Source of the DNA: Candidatus Omnitrophota bacterium
GTDB taxonomy: Bacteria; Omnitrophota; Gorgyraeia; Zapsychrales; JANLHA01
Direction: 5' to 3'
Assembly (NCBI GenBank): GCA_038222225.1
Contig: JBBRHV010000005.1
Span: 1,824-65,823 of the forward strand
Length of the DNA: 64,000 nt
Shown: positions 12,651-21,556 of the stretch, piece after piece
How positions within the stretch are numbered: position 1 is the stretch's first letter
Layout of the letters: every line of letters begins with the position of its first letter
Translations under genes and position numbers: made by a program
The notes under the pieces: generated by a model
The model's input: only the letters and a program-made list of their open reading frames with translations
Told to the model about the DNA's origin: nothing
Database searches by the model: none

Positions 12651-12745
12651 CAAAAAAAAGGCAGTATGATATATATATTAACTTCTTTAAAAAATAAAAT
12701 GGGCAGGCTTTTAATAAAATATAAAAAAGTAAGGAGTATTAAGAG

Positions 12746-13015
12746 ATGGGACATCCTCCGATTGAAGAGTTGCTGCCGAAAGCCGGCATGAGTATTTATA
12801 AGTTAGTGCGCTTGGCATCTGTTCGGGCTTCTGAATTAGCAAGCGGCCGCAAGCCCTTGATTGATGTTCCGTTGAACGCAAAGACCGCAACCATTGCTTT
12901 AGAGGAAATTCGTGCCGGGATGGTTGTTCGTGCAGAAGTTCAAGAGCAATTCAGGCCGGTCAAACAACCTCCGGTAGTGAAGGTGGAGCTAGAAGACGAA
13001 GAAGCTCAGGCATAG
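12746..13015 (+). CDS. rpoZ: DNA-directed RNA polymerase subunit omega
   Basis: Conserved SIYKLVRLASVRASEL core, and the gmk-rpoZ linkage. Confidence 0.9.
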   Translation: MGHPPIEELLPKAGMSIYKLVRLASVRASELASGRKPLIDVPLNAKTATIALEEIRAGMVVRAEVQEQFRPVKQPPVVKVELEDEEAQA

Positions 13016-13023
13016 GTCAAAGT

Positions 13024-13569
13024 ATGACTCAGAATAAACGAACAATTGTTGTGTGCGTGACAGGAAGCATTGCAGCCTACAGATCTGCAGAGATTGTTCG
13101 GTTGCTTAAAAAAAAGGGATATGGCGTTAAGGTTGTGATGACGAAGGAAGCGGAATATTTTATCGGTCAAACGACCCTTGAAGCATTGTCCGGCGAGAAA
13201 GTATGGAGTTCGATGTTTGATAAAGAGGCATGGCAGGGAGCCTTGGGACACATTGAATTAGCCAAAGCGGATTTGGTTTTGGTCGCTCCGGCCACAGCGA
13301 ATATTATCGGAAAAATTGCCTCTGGCATTGCGGATGATTTGACGACCTGTTTAGTGATGGCCACTACTGCCCCGGTTGTGTTTGCCCCGGCGATGAATGA
13401 AAATATGTATAACAATCCGATTGTTCAGGAGAATTGTCAAAAACTGAAGAAGCACGGTGCGCATTTTGTCGGACCGGCAACTGGGGACTTGGCCTGCGGA
13501 GTTCACGGAACAGGACATATTGCAGAGACCGAAGAGATTATCGAAACGGTTCAGAAAATTGTTCCTTGA
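13024..13569 (+). CDS. coaC: Phosphopantothenoylcysteine decarboxylase-type flavoprotein (stand-alone CoaC half)
   Basis: 181-aa flavoprotein fold (VTGSIAAYRSAEIVRLL, PAMNENMY). No CoaB domain is fused, and the position after rpoZ is conserved. Confidence 0.8.
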   Translation: MTQNKRTIVVCVTGSIAAYRSAEIVRLLKKKGYGVKVVMTKEAEYFIGQTTLEALSGEKVWSSMFDKEAWQGALGHIELAKADLVLVAPATANIIGKIASGIADDLTTCLVMATTAPVVFAPAMNENMYNNPIVQENCQKLKKHGAHFVGPATGDLACGVHGTGHIAETEEIIETVQKIVP

Positions 13570-13576
13570 AATTTTT

Positions 13577-13647
<71 letters not shown>

Positions 13648-13845
13648 TTATGAAGATTGAGTTTATGGAGAGAGCGGAAGTGAACGAACATAAACTCATA
13701 ACTGAATTAATCCTGCAAAGCAGGATCTTAAAGATGAGTTGCCTTTTGGCCTTTCTTCGCTAAATAATATGCTGGTTTGGCTTTGCAGGGCCCAATTCGC
13801 GCATAAATTTAAGTTCGTTAAAGCCCCATAAACTTAGTGCTTATT

Positions 13846-13928
13846 GGGCAAGTGGTGGAATGGCATACACGCAGGACTTAAAATCCTGTGGCCGCAAGGT
13901 CGTGTGGGTTCGACTCCCACCTTGCCCA
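13846..13928 (+). tRNA. tRNA-Leu (UAA), long variable arm
   Basis: Acceptor gggcaag/cttgccc, anticodon stem cagga/tcctg with loop ctTAAaa, long variable arm, T-arm gtgggttcgactcccac. Confidence 0.85.
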
Positions 13929-13976
13929 TAATGATAAAATTGAAGGTTGGTTGATAGGAATAAAGAAGTGTTTTTG

Positions 13977-13993
13977 GGACCCGTAGCTCAGTT
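13977..13993 (+). pseudogene. Orphan 5' fragment of tRNA-Val (17-nt identity to acceptor + D-arm of the downstream tRNA-Val)
   Basis: ggacccgtagctcagtt is identical to the first 17 nt of the tRNA-Val at 14079. The sequence then diverges and shows no cloverleaf. Confidence 0.4.
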
Positions 13994-14078
13994 TTAGCCA
14001 GAGGCTGATACGCCTCAGGCGGAGGTTAGAGAGGCTGGGCAGAGAGAGCGGGAAAAATTTTGAATTGGTGAAATGTTA

Positions 14079-14155
14079 GGACCCGTAGCTCAGTTGGTTA
14101 GAGCGCTTCCTTGACATGGAAGAGGTCACAAGTTCGAGTCTTGTCGGGTCCACCA
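14079..14155 (+). tRNA. tRNA-Val (GAC) with encoded CCA
   Basis: Acceptor ggacccg/cgggtcc, anticodon stem cttcc/ggaag with loop ttGACat, T-arm aagttcgagtctt, ending ...a-cca. Confidence 0.85.
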
Positions 14156-14207
14156 GAATTCAGTAGATGTTTTGAAGTTTAATTATTAGAAATAGTTCGG
14201 GAAATTT

Positions 14208-15941
14208 ATGGAATATAAAAATTATTTAGATACACTCAGGCATAGTTGCGCGCATGTTATGGCGCAGGCGGTGACATCTCTTTGGCCTGACGTGAAGGTG
14301 GCGATTGGTCCGGCGATTGAAAACGGGTTTTATTATGATTTTGATAAAGCTGAACCGTTCACGGATCAGGATCTGAAAAAAATAGAGAAAGAGATGCAAC
14401 GGATTGTTAACCGCAATCCGAAGCTGGTTCAGACGTTTATGCCTCGGCAAGAAGCGCTTACGTTCTTTGAAAAACACAACGAAATTTATAAAATCGAACT
14501 CATTGCAGGGTTGGAGGATGAGCAGGTTTCTATTTTTACAACCGGTGAGGGCGATTTTGTTGATTTGTGCAAAGGACCGCATGTGCAGAGCGCCGGTGAA
14601 ATCAAGGCGTTTAAACTGCTTTCCGTAGCCGGGGCCTATTGGCGCGGAGATGAAAAAAGGCAGATGTTGCAGCGGATTTACGGAACGTGTTTTGAGGCCA
14701 AAGAAGAGCTGGAGGCCTATCTGAATATGCTGAAAGAGGCGGAGAGACGCGACCATCGAAAGCTCGGAGCTCAGATGGAGCTGTTTCAGATTTATCATGA
14801 ACAGGCTGGGGCTGGGTTGGTTTTTTATCATCCTCAAGGAGCGATGCTGCGTAAGATCATTGAAGATTATGTCCGCGAAAAGCATTTGAAAAGCGGCTAT
14901 CAATTTGTGCAAACGCCCAACATTTTAAAGGGCAAGCTTTGGGAACAAAGCGGGCATGCGGAATATTATCGCGAGAACATGTATTATTTTCATGTGGATG
15001 AAGAGGAATATGCGGTTAAGCCCATGAATTGCCCGGGGCACATGCTCATTTATAATTCAAAGCTTCATTCGTACCGGGAATTTCCGATCCGGTTTTTTGA
15101 ATTGGGAACGGTTTACCGGCAGGAAAAGGCCGGCGTGCTGCATGGACTTTTAAGGGTGCGGGGCTTTACACAGGATGATGCGCATATTTTTTGCCGCGGC
15201 GATCAGCTAAAAAGCGAGATCATCGGTGTTTTAGACTTCGTCTTTGATATGATGAAGGATTTTGGGTTTCAAAATATGGATATTGAAGTCAGCACCAAAC
15301 CGGAAAAATATATCGGCCGGGATGAGGATTGGCTTCATGCGACGGACGCGCTGGAAAGCTCGCTGAAGGAAAAGGCCATCGCGTATAAGATCAATGCAGG
15401 CGACGGTGCGTTCTATGGACCGAAGATCGATATTAAGCTGAAAGATGCCATCGGACGTTCTTGGCAGTGCGCCACGATTCAATGTGATTTTTCTTTGCCG
15501 GAGCGATTTGATTTGACATATATGGATGAAGACGGAACGGCGAAACGGCCGATTATGATCCACCGCGCGGTGCTGGGCAGCGTGGAGCGGTTTATCGGAA
15601 CTCTGATCGAGCATTATGCCGGGAATTTTCCCGCGTGGCTGGCGCCGACGCAGGTCATTGTGATTCCGATCAAGGCAGAGCATGAGGCGTATGCGCAAAG
15701 TGTGATTGAGGATTTACAAAAACAGCAGGTTCGCGTTATAATGGATAGCCGAAATGAGAGTTTAAGCAAGCGGATCCGCGAAAGCACCATGAAAAAGGTT
15801 CCTTATGTTTTGGTGGTGGGAGACAAAGAGCAAACGGAAAAGATGATTTCAGTGCGCAAGCGCGGCAATGAAGATTTAGGGAGCAGGAGCGTTGCGATTT
15901 TTTCACAGCTTATTTTAAAAGAGATACAACACAAGATATAA
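14208..15941 (+). CDS. thrS: Threonyl-tRNA synthetase (lacks N-terminal TGS domain)
   Basis: Begins at the editing-domain HSCAH motif and carries class II catalytic motifs plus a C-terminal anticodon-binding domain. At 577 aa it is shorter than the roughly 640-aa canonical enzyme. Confidence 0.95.
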   Translation: MEYKNYLDTLRHSCAHVMAQAVTSLWPDVKVAIGPAIENGFYYDFDKAEPFTDQDLKKIEKEMQRIVNRNPKLVQTFMPRQEALTFFEKHNEIYKIELIAGLEDEQVSIFTTGEGDFVDLCKGPHVQSAGEIKAFKLLSVAGAYWRGDEKRQMLQRIYGTCFEAKEELEAYLNMLKEAERRDHRKLGAQMELFQIYHEQAGAGLVFYHPQGAMLRKIIEDYVREKHLKSGYQFVQTPNILKGKLWEQSGHAEYYRENMYYFHVDEEEYAVKPMNCPGHMLIYNSKLHSYREFPIRFFELGTVYRQEKAGVLHGLLRVRGFTQDDAHIFCRGDQLKSEIIGVLDFVFDMMKDFGFQNMDIEVSTKPEKYIGRDEDWLHATDALESSLKEKAIAYKINAGDGAFYGPKIDIKLKDAIGRSWQCATIQCDFSLPERFDLTYMDEDGTAKRPIMIHRAVLGSVERFIGTLIEHYAGNFPAWLAPTQVIVIPIKAEHEAYAQSVIEDLQKQQVRVIMDSRNESLSKRIRESTMKKVPYVLVVGDKEQTEKMISVRKRGNEDLGSRSVAIFSQLILKEIQHKI

Positions 15942-15970
15942 TGAATTGAACCATAAAGAGGAGGTGCTGT

Positions 15971-16490
15971 CATTCAAAAGTTCGTCCGAGTTAATGAGCG
16001 CATAAGAGCGCCAGAGCTTCGAGTTATTGGTCCGAATTCAGAGCAGTTGGGCGTTGTGGTTTTAAAGAGAGCCTTGGAGCTGGCCCTAGAACAAGAGCTT
16101 GACCTGGTTGAAGTAGCCCCAACGGCAAAACCCCCGGTTTGCCGAATCATGGATTACAGTAAATATAAATATGACCAGGAAAAGAAAGAGCGCCGAGTTA
16201 AAAAGAATCAAAAAGTTTCACATCTGAAACAGATTCGGATCAAGCCGCACATTGACGACCACGATTATCAGGTCAAACTGAAACAGGTTTTGAGTTTTTT
16301 GAACAAACATGATAAGGTCAAAGTGAACTTGTTTTTCCGTGGCCGTGAAATGGCGTTTAGGGATCAAGGAGAAGCGCTGATCAAGCGCTTCATTCAGGAT
16401 ACGGCAGAAGTAGGCGTGCCGGAAAAAAATCCTATGATGGAAGGTCGGATGCTTTCTGTTGTTTTAGCACCGAAAGCAGACAAACAGTAA
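15971..16490 (+). CDS. infC: Translation initiation factor IF-3 (AUU start codon)
   Basis: Reading from ATT at about 15971, preceded by the RBS aagaggagg, gives IQKFVRVNERIRAPELRVIGPNSEQLGVVV..., the IF3 N-domain. The track ORF at 16047 is the same frame from an internal Met. Confidence 0.9.
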
Positions 16491-16585
16491 ACCGAGGTTT
16501 AGCACAGTCGGTATAGAATTCTGCAGCAATTCGTTATTTCAACAGCGCGCAGAGAATGTAAATGTAGGAGAAAGGAAAAAGGGAA

Positions 16586-16789
16586 ATGCCTAAATTAAAG
16601 ACAAATCGATCGGCTGCCAAGCGGTTTAAGATCACCAAAACCGGCAAGATCAAGAAACGCAGCGCCAATCGCGGACATATTTTGGGAAAGATGTCCCGAA
16701 AACGTAAACGAAATTTACGTCAAAGCAGTTATTTGGACAAGGTGGAAGAAAAGAGAATAAGGAGGTTGTTGCCATATGGTACGAATTAA
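16586..16789 (+). CDS. rpmI: 50S ribosomal protein L35
   Basis: MPKLKTNRSAAKRFKITKTGKIKKRSANRGH, the L35 signature. Confidence 0.9.
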   Translation: MPKLKTNRSAAKRFKITKTGKIKKRSANRGHILGKMSRKRKRNLRQSSYLDKVEEKRIRRLLPYGTN

Positions 16790-17162
16790 AGCATCCGTTG
16801 CCAGCCGTGCGCGCAAAAAACGCACTATGAAACAGGCTAGAGGGCAATTTGGGCATAGAAGCAAAAGGTTTAGTCAGGCGATCCGTTCCCTTATTAAGGG
16901 TATGGCGTATGCCTATCGGGACCGAAAGGTGAAAAAACGTGAATATAAGGCACTTTGGATTGTCCGTATTAATGCCGCATGTCGCGCAGCCGGGATAACT
17001 TACAGCCGTTTTATGAATGGTTTAACTCGGGCAGGCGTCACTATTAACCGAAAAATGCTGGCCGAAGTGGCAGCCACAGATGAGCAGGGGTTCAACGCTT
17101 TACTTGAACTGTCGAAATCATCCCAAGGCGTGGGTGCTGCTCCTCAAACAGCAACAGCATAA
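16776..17162 (+). CDS. rplT: 50S ribosomal protein L20
   Basis: MVRIKASVASRARKKR...YAYRDRKVKKREYKALWIVRINAACR, the L20 signature. Confidence 0.95.
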   Translation: MVRIKASVASRARKKRTMKQARGQFGHRSKRFSQAIRSLIKGMAYAYRDRKVKKREYKALWIVRINAACRAAGITYSRFMNGLTRAGVTINRKMLAEVAATDEQGFNALLELSKSSQGVGAAPQTATA

Positions 17163-17187
17163 TATGTACGGATATCGGAAAGATATG

Positions 17188-17223
17188 CGGCCCTATTCAT
17201 TTTGAGTAGGGCCGTATTTTTTT
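17188..17223 (+). terminator. Rho-independent terminator after rplT
   Basis: Stem cggccc...gggccg followed by tatttttttt. Confidence 0.7.
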
Positions 17224-17231
17224 AAAAGGAT

Positions 17232-17456
17232 ATGGATAGCGCCTCACTAAAAATTTTAACTGATTTATTCGTTCCAGTTTTGATGTGTTATGCGGCGGTT
17301 TTTTTAGGCTTTTTATATATACGTCATAAACTGGCGAAGGGACGATCGAAGAAAACAAAATCTGCGTTAGCCAAGATCGTTTTATGGATTTCGATCGGCG
17401 CGATTGTCGCATTTTTTATCGGCGTGTCTCAGCTGGCAGGAACCATTACGTTCTAA
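17232..17456 (+). CDS. Small hypothetical membrane protein (2 predicted TM helices)
   Basis: 74-aa ORF with two hydrophobic segments. I recognise no family. Confidence 0.4.
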   Translation: MDSASLKILTDLFVPVLMCYAAVFLGFLYIRHKLAKGRSKKTKSALAKIVLWISIGAIVAFFIGVSQLAGTITF

Positions 17457-17482
17457 CAGTTCCGGCATAAAGGGAGAGTCCT

Positions 17483-18838
17483 ATGAGAATTATTATTGTT
17501 GGAGCCGGAGTCATCGGCTCAAATCTTGCGAAAGAACTTTCACGTGATCACGAAGTTTATTTGATTGAAGAAGACAAAGCCGCTGCGGCTAAAGTCGAAG
17601 AAAAATTGGACGTGAAAGTTGTCGTCGGCAACGGATCGGATCCATCGGTTTTGACCAAGGTTCCGGTTCATAACGCGGACCTGGTGATTGCGGTCACAAC
17701 CTCGGATGAGACCAATGTGGTTGTCTGTTCTTTGGCCGGAGCGTACGGCGCCAAGCACAAGGTCGCGCGCGTGCGAAACGCATCGCTGGCGAGGGCGCTG
17801 GAGCGATATCGCGGAAAAAATTTTGATATTGATGAGATCATTAATCCGGAAGAGTTGGCGGCAAAAACGATTTTGCAAAGCCTGAAAACACCGGGCGCCC
17901 GTGAGGTGGCGGATTTTGCAAGTGGTAGAATTCTGTTCCGGGTTTTTAATATTTTAGCCGGGTCTCCTTTGGACGGGATGAAACTGTCTTCTCTGCAGGA
18001 GGAGGAATTTCCCTGGCCGTTTTTGATCGTGGCTGTGATGCGAAACCGCGAGGTTTTTTTTCCGAAAGGAGATGCCGTTCTGCAGGCGGAGGACCGCATC
18101 TATGTTCTTCTGCCGAAGCAGTCGGCCGGCGAGTTTTTGACCTTTGTGGATTCAGATGTCCGAAAATGCAAAAAAGTTGTGATTTATGGGGCCGGACAGA
18201 TCGGTCAGAGGCTGGCAACACTTTTGTCCCCGGAAATGGAGGATGTTTGGGTTTTGGATGAGCGTCCGGACAAGGCGGAGGATGCTGCGGCGAAACTGGA
18301 AAAGGTGCGCGTGATCCAGGGCTCGGCCTGTGAAAGCGATATTTTAAAGGAGTGTGGGATCGAAACGGCGGATGCTTTCATTGCCGTGACCGAGGCGGAT
18401 CATTTGAATCTGGTCAGCGCGGTTCTTGCGAAAAAAATGGGCGCCAGAACAACGCTCATTACGACCGCCGCTTCGGATTTTATGTCGATCGTTGGTTTGA
18501 TGAATATTGATGTTGTGACTAATCCGCGGTTTTTGGCGGTTGACCAGATCCTGCGGTTTGTCCGCGGAGCAGGGATCAGCGCGGTGAGCTCGTTTGCGGA
18601 ATGCGACGCGGAGGCCATTGAGTTAATTTCTGAAGAAGGGTCTCCGATCACGCAGGCGCCCTTAAAGAAGCTTTCCTTTCCGAAGGACTCGTTGGTCGGG
18701 GCAGTCTGCCGAGGAGAGGAAGTCGTATTAGCGAACGGCGACCTGCAGATCCAGGCCGGAGAAAAGGTGATTGTTTTTTGCCGGGAGGCAGCGATCAAGA
18801 AAATGAAAGCGCTTTTTACGAAGAAACACATCTTTTAG
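17483..18838 (+). CDS. trkA: Trk potassium uptake protein TrkA (tandem RCK/NAD-binding)
   Basis: Two Rossmann GxGxxG motifs (IIIVGAGVIGSNLA, VVIYGAGQIGQRLA) and a TrkA_C domain. Confidence 0.9.
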   Translation: MRIIIVGAGVIGSNLAKELSRDHEVYLIEEDKAAAAKVEEKLDVKVVVGNGSDPSVLTKVPVHNADLVIAVTTSDETNVVVCSLAGAYGAKHKVARVRNASLARALERYRGKNFDIDEIINPEELAAKTILQSLKTPGAREVADFASGRILFRVFNILAGSPLDGMKLSSLQEEEFPWPFLIVAVMRNREVFFPKGDAVLQAEDRIYVLLPKQSAGEFLTFVDSDVRKCKKVVIYGAGQIGQRLATLLSPEMEDVWVLDERPDKAEDAAAKLEKVRVIQGSACESDILKECGIETADAFIAVTEADHLNLVSAVLAKKMGARTTLITTAASDFMSIVGLMNIDVVTNPRFLAVDQILRFVRGAGISAVSSFAECDAEAIELISEEGSPITQAPLKKLSFPKDSLVGAVCRGEEVVLANGDLQIQAGEKVIVFCREAAIKKMKALFTKKHIF

Positions 18839-18853
18839 AAAGAGACGCAGCGA

Positions 18854-20308
18854 ATGCATAAAAAACTTATTTTTTATATTGTTTCTCGCATTTTTCTGAT
18901 TGTCAGCTTTTTTTTGTTTTTGCCGTTAGGGTGGGCAGCGCACGATAATCGGTTTAGTGTCGAAACCAATGCGTTTGTTGTTGTTATTTTAGTCGGATTT
19001 TTACTGGTCGCAATCGGACGAAGTCTGTTCTTTGTGAAGAAAATCGATTTCCAGGTCATGAATACCAAAGACGCTTTAGGCGCTGTCGGCCTTATTTGGA
19101 TCTGTTTGTCGCTATGGGGGGCGTTGCCGCTTTGGTTAAGCAACGTAGTCCCTTGCTTTACAGATGCTGTGTTTGAAATCGTCAGTGGGTTTACGACCAC
19201 AGGGGCCTCGATTTTTACCGATGTTGAGATCCTTCCTCGTGGGATTTTATTTTGGAGAAGCCTGACGCATTGGCTGGGAGGGGTCGGGGTTGTGGTTTTA
19301 TACGTAGCCCTTTTGCCGGCGTTCGGCGGAAGCGCCTATCAGCTTTATAAAGCTGAGACCTCGGGGGTGTCCAAAGATCGGGTGGTTCCGCGCCTTAAGG
19401 AAAACGCGAAGATTCTTTGGGTCGTTTTTTGTTTTCTTTCCCTGGCGTGCTTTTTGTTTTTATTTTTTGGTGGAATGCCGGTTTTTGATGCCCTTTGCCA
19501 CACCTTCGGCGCTATTGCCACCGGCGGGTTTTCGACAAAAAACGCCAGTATCGGAGCTTATGGGCCCTATGTTCAATGGGTGATCACGGTTTTTATGTTT
19601 TTAGGGGGCGTCAATTTTTTGCTGTATTACCGTCTTTTTTTAGGGAACCCGCTTTCGTTATTGAAGGATGAAGAGTTCCGTGCTTTTGGCAGCGGGGTTG
19701 CCTTTTTTTCCGTCGTATTTGCGCTGGTGCTATGGAAGTCCCAGCTCAGCAGCGCGCCTTTCAGGGATGCTTCTTTTCAGGTTGTTTCGATCTTGACAGC
19801 GACGGGTTTTGCCACAAAGGATTTTGATCTTTGGCCGGATCTTTTAAGGGGATTGCTGCTGTTTTTTATGTTTGTCGGAGCGTGTGCCGGGTCTACTAGC
19901 GGGGGGTTTAAAATCGTGAGGCTGCTTTTGACCTCGAAGGTCGGGATTCATTCCATAACAAAATCGATCTTCCCAAATGCGGTTGTTCCGATCCGCTATA
20001 ACGGAACAGCCGTCTCAGAAAAAATGGTCTTAAGCGTTTTAACGTATTTCAGTTTATATATGTTTTTGATCTTTTCGGGAACTTTTTTTCTGCTGATGTT
20101 TGATTCGACCGATATGCTTACGGCTGTCTCTGCGGTGGTTTCGGCGATCAGCAGCGTTGGACCGGGGTTGGCGCACGTTGGGCCCATGCAGAATTTTGCC
20201 TGGTTATCTATTCCGAGCAAATGGGTTTTGATTTTTTTGATGCTGGCCGGGCGCCTGGAGCTGTATGCGATTTTGATTTTATTCATTCCGGCCACCTGGA
20301 GGAAATAA
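18854..20308 (+). CDS. trkH: Trk potassium transporter membrane subunit TrkH
   Basis: 484-aa polytopic protein with repeated TrkH/KtrB pore-loop GG motifs (TTTGAS, ATGGFS, TATGFA). Confidence 0.9.
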   Translation: MHKKLIFYIVSRIFLIVSFFLFLPLGWAAHDNRFSVETNAFVVVILVGFLLVAIGRSLFFVKKIDFQVMNTKDALGAVGLIWICLSLWGALPLWLSNVVPCFTDAVFEIVSGFTTTGASIFTDVEILPRGILFWRSLTHWLGGVGVVVLYVALLPAFGGSAYQLYKAETSGVSKDRVVPRLKENAKILWVVFCFLSLACFLFLFFGGMPVFDALCHTFGAIATGGFSTKNASIGAYGPYVQWVITVFMFLGGVNFLLYYRLFLGNPLSLLKDEEFRAFGSGVAFFSVVFALVLWKSQLSSAPFRDASFQVVSILTATGFATKDFDLWPDLLRGLLLFFMFVGACAGSTSGGFKIVRLLLTSKVGIHSITKSIFPNAVVPIRYNGTAVSEKMVLSVLTYFSLYMFLIFSGTFFLLMFDSTDMLTAVSAVVSAISSVGPGLAHVGPMQNFAWLSIPSKWVLIFLMLAGRLELYAILILFIPATWRK

Positions 20309-20387
20309 TCAGCGGGTCGGAGCTGGCATCACAGTTGGTTTAATGTTATAATGCAGCAGCATTTTTATTTTACGATAAGGACAGGCG

Positions 20388-21425
20388 ATGTCTTGGAATT
20401 TTGAACAGATCCGACAGGATGCACGGCAGGAACTCGAAGCGCTCAACGACGTGCGCGTCCTAGAAGAGTTTCGTATTAAATATTTGGGCAAGAAAGGCCT
20501 GGTGCAAGAGATTTATGCGTCTTTGGCGCAGGCGTCTGCCGAAGAGAAGCCCTTGCTCGGGAAGAACGCTAATATTTTAAAAAATGATCTGTCTCAGATG
20601 TTTGATCTGCGCAAGAACGTCATTGAAGATTTTGGCAGACAGCAGAGACGCAAGGTCATAGACGTGACCCTTCCGGGGATTGCGCAGCCCGTCGGTGTCA
20701 GGCACGTGTTAAACCAGACCATGGATCAGATCTGCGAGATCTTCGAAGGATTCGGGTTTGTGATCGAAGAAGGTCCGGAGGTGGAAACCGAGTTTCATAA
20801 TTTTGACGCGTTGAACATTCCTAAAGATCATCCGTCACGCGACGGGTTTGATACATTTTATGTGGATGAAAGAGATCCTGAGGAGCAAGGCGTTTATCAG
20901 CTCTTGCGCAGCCAGACATCCCCTGTTCAAATCCGGGTTATGAAGACGCATACGCCGCCGTTGGCGGTGGTGGTTCCGGGGCGGGTGTATCGTCCGGATG
21001 CCGTGGATGCCAGTCATTCGTTCATGTTTCATCAGATTGAGGGATTGCTGGTGGATCAGACGGTGCGTTTTTCCGATCTGAAAGGGCTGATTGAAGCGTT
21101 TTTGAAACGGCTGTTCGGCAGGGATATTCATATGCGGTTCCGTCCGCATTTTTTTCCGTTTACCGAGCCGTCGGCAGAGGTGGACATTTCTTGCTATCTC
21201 TGCAAGGGCAAGGGATGCTCGGCTTGCAAACGGACCGGATGGATCGAAGTGATGGGCTGCGGGATGGTTCATCCAAAGGTGTTTGAGGCTGCCGGGTATC
21301 CGAAAGGCAAATATACCGGGCTGGCGTTTGGCCTGGGGGTTGAGCGGCTAACAATGCTGAAGTACGGCATTCATGATATTCGTTTATTTTTTGAAAACGA
21401 CATGCGGTTTTTAAAACAGTTTTGA
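20388..21425 (+). CDS. pheS: Phenylalanyl-tRNA synthetase alpha subunit
   Basis: Class II core motifs (FHQIEGL, GLAFGLGVERL). Confidence 0.97.
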   Translation: MSWNFEQIRQDARQELEALNDVRVLEEFRIKYLGKKGLVQEIYASLAQASAEEKPLLGKNANILKNDLSQMFDLRKNVIEDFGRQQRRKVIDVTLPGIAQPVGVRHVLNQTMDQICEIFEGFGFVIEEGPEVETEFHNFDALNIPKDHPSRDGFDTFYVDERDPEEQGVYQLLRSQTSPVQIRVMKTHTPPLAVVVPGRVYRPDAVDASHSFMFHQIEGLLVDQTVRFSDLKGLIEAFLKRLFGRDIHMRFRPHFFPFTEPSAEVDISCYLCKGKGCSACKRTGWIEVMGCGMVHPKVFEAAGYPKGKYTGLAFGLGVERLTMLKYGIHDIRLFFENDMRFLKQF

Positions 21426-21556
21426 AAAGCAATTAACAGTGAACAGATAACAATTAAAAATTATTGTGCGCGCTCTGGCGCGCTTTAGCTGCGAAGCAGT
21501 TCCTCAATTGTTCATTTTTAGCTGTTAGTTGTTAATTGAATTTAAGGATTTTTGAG

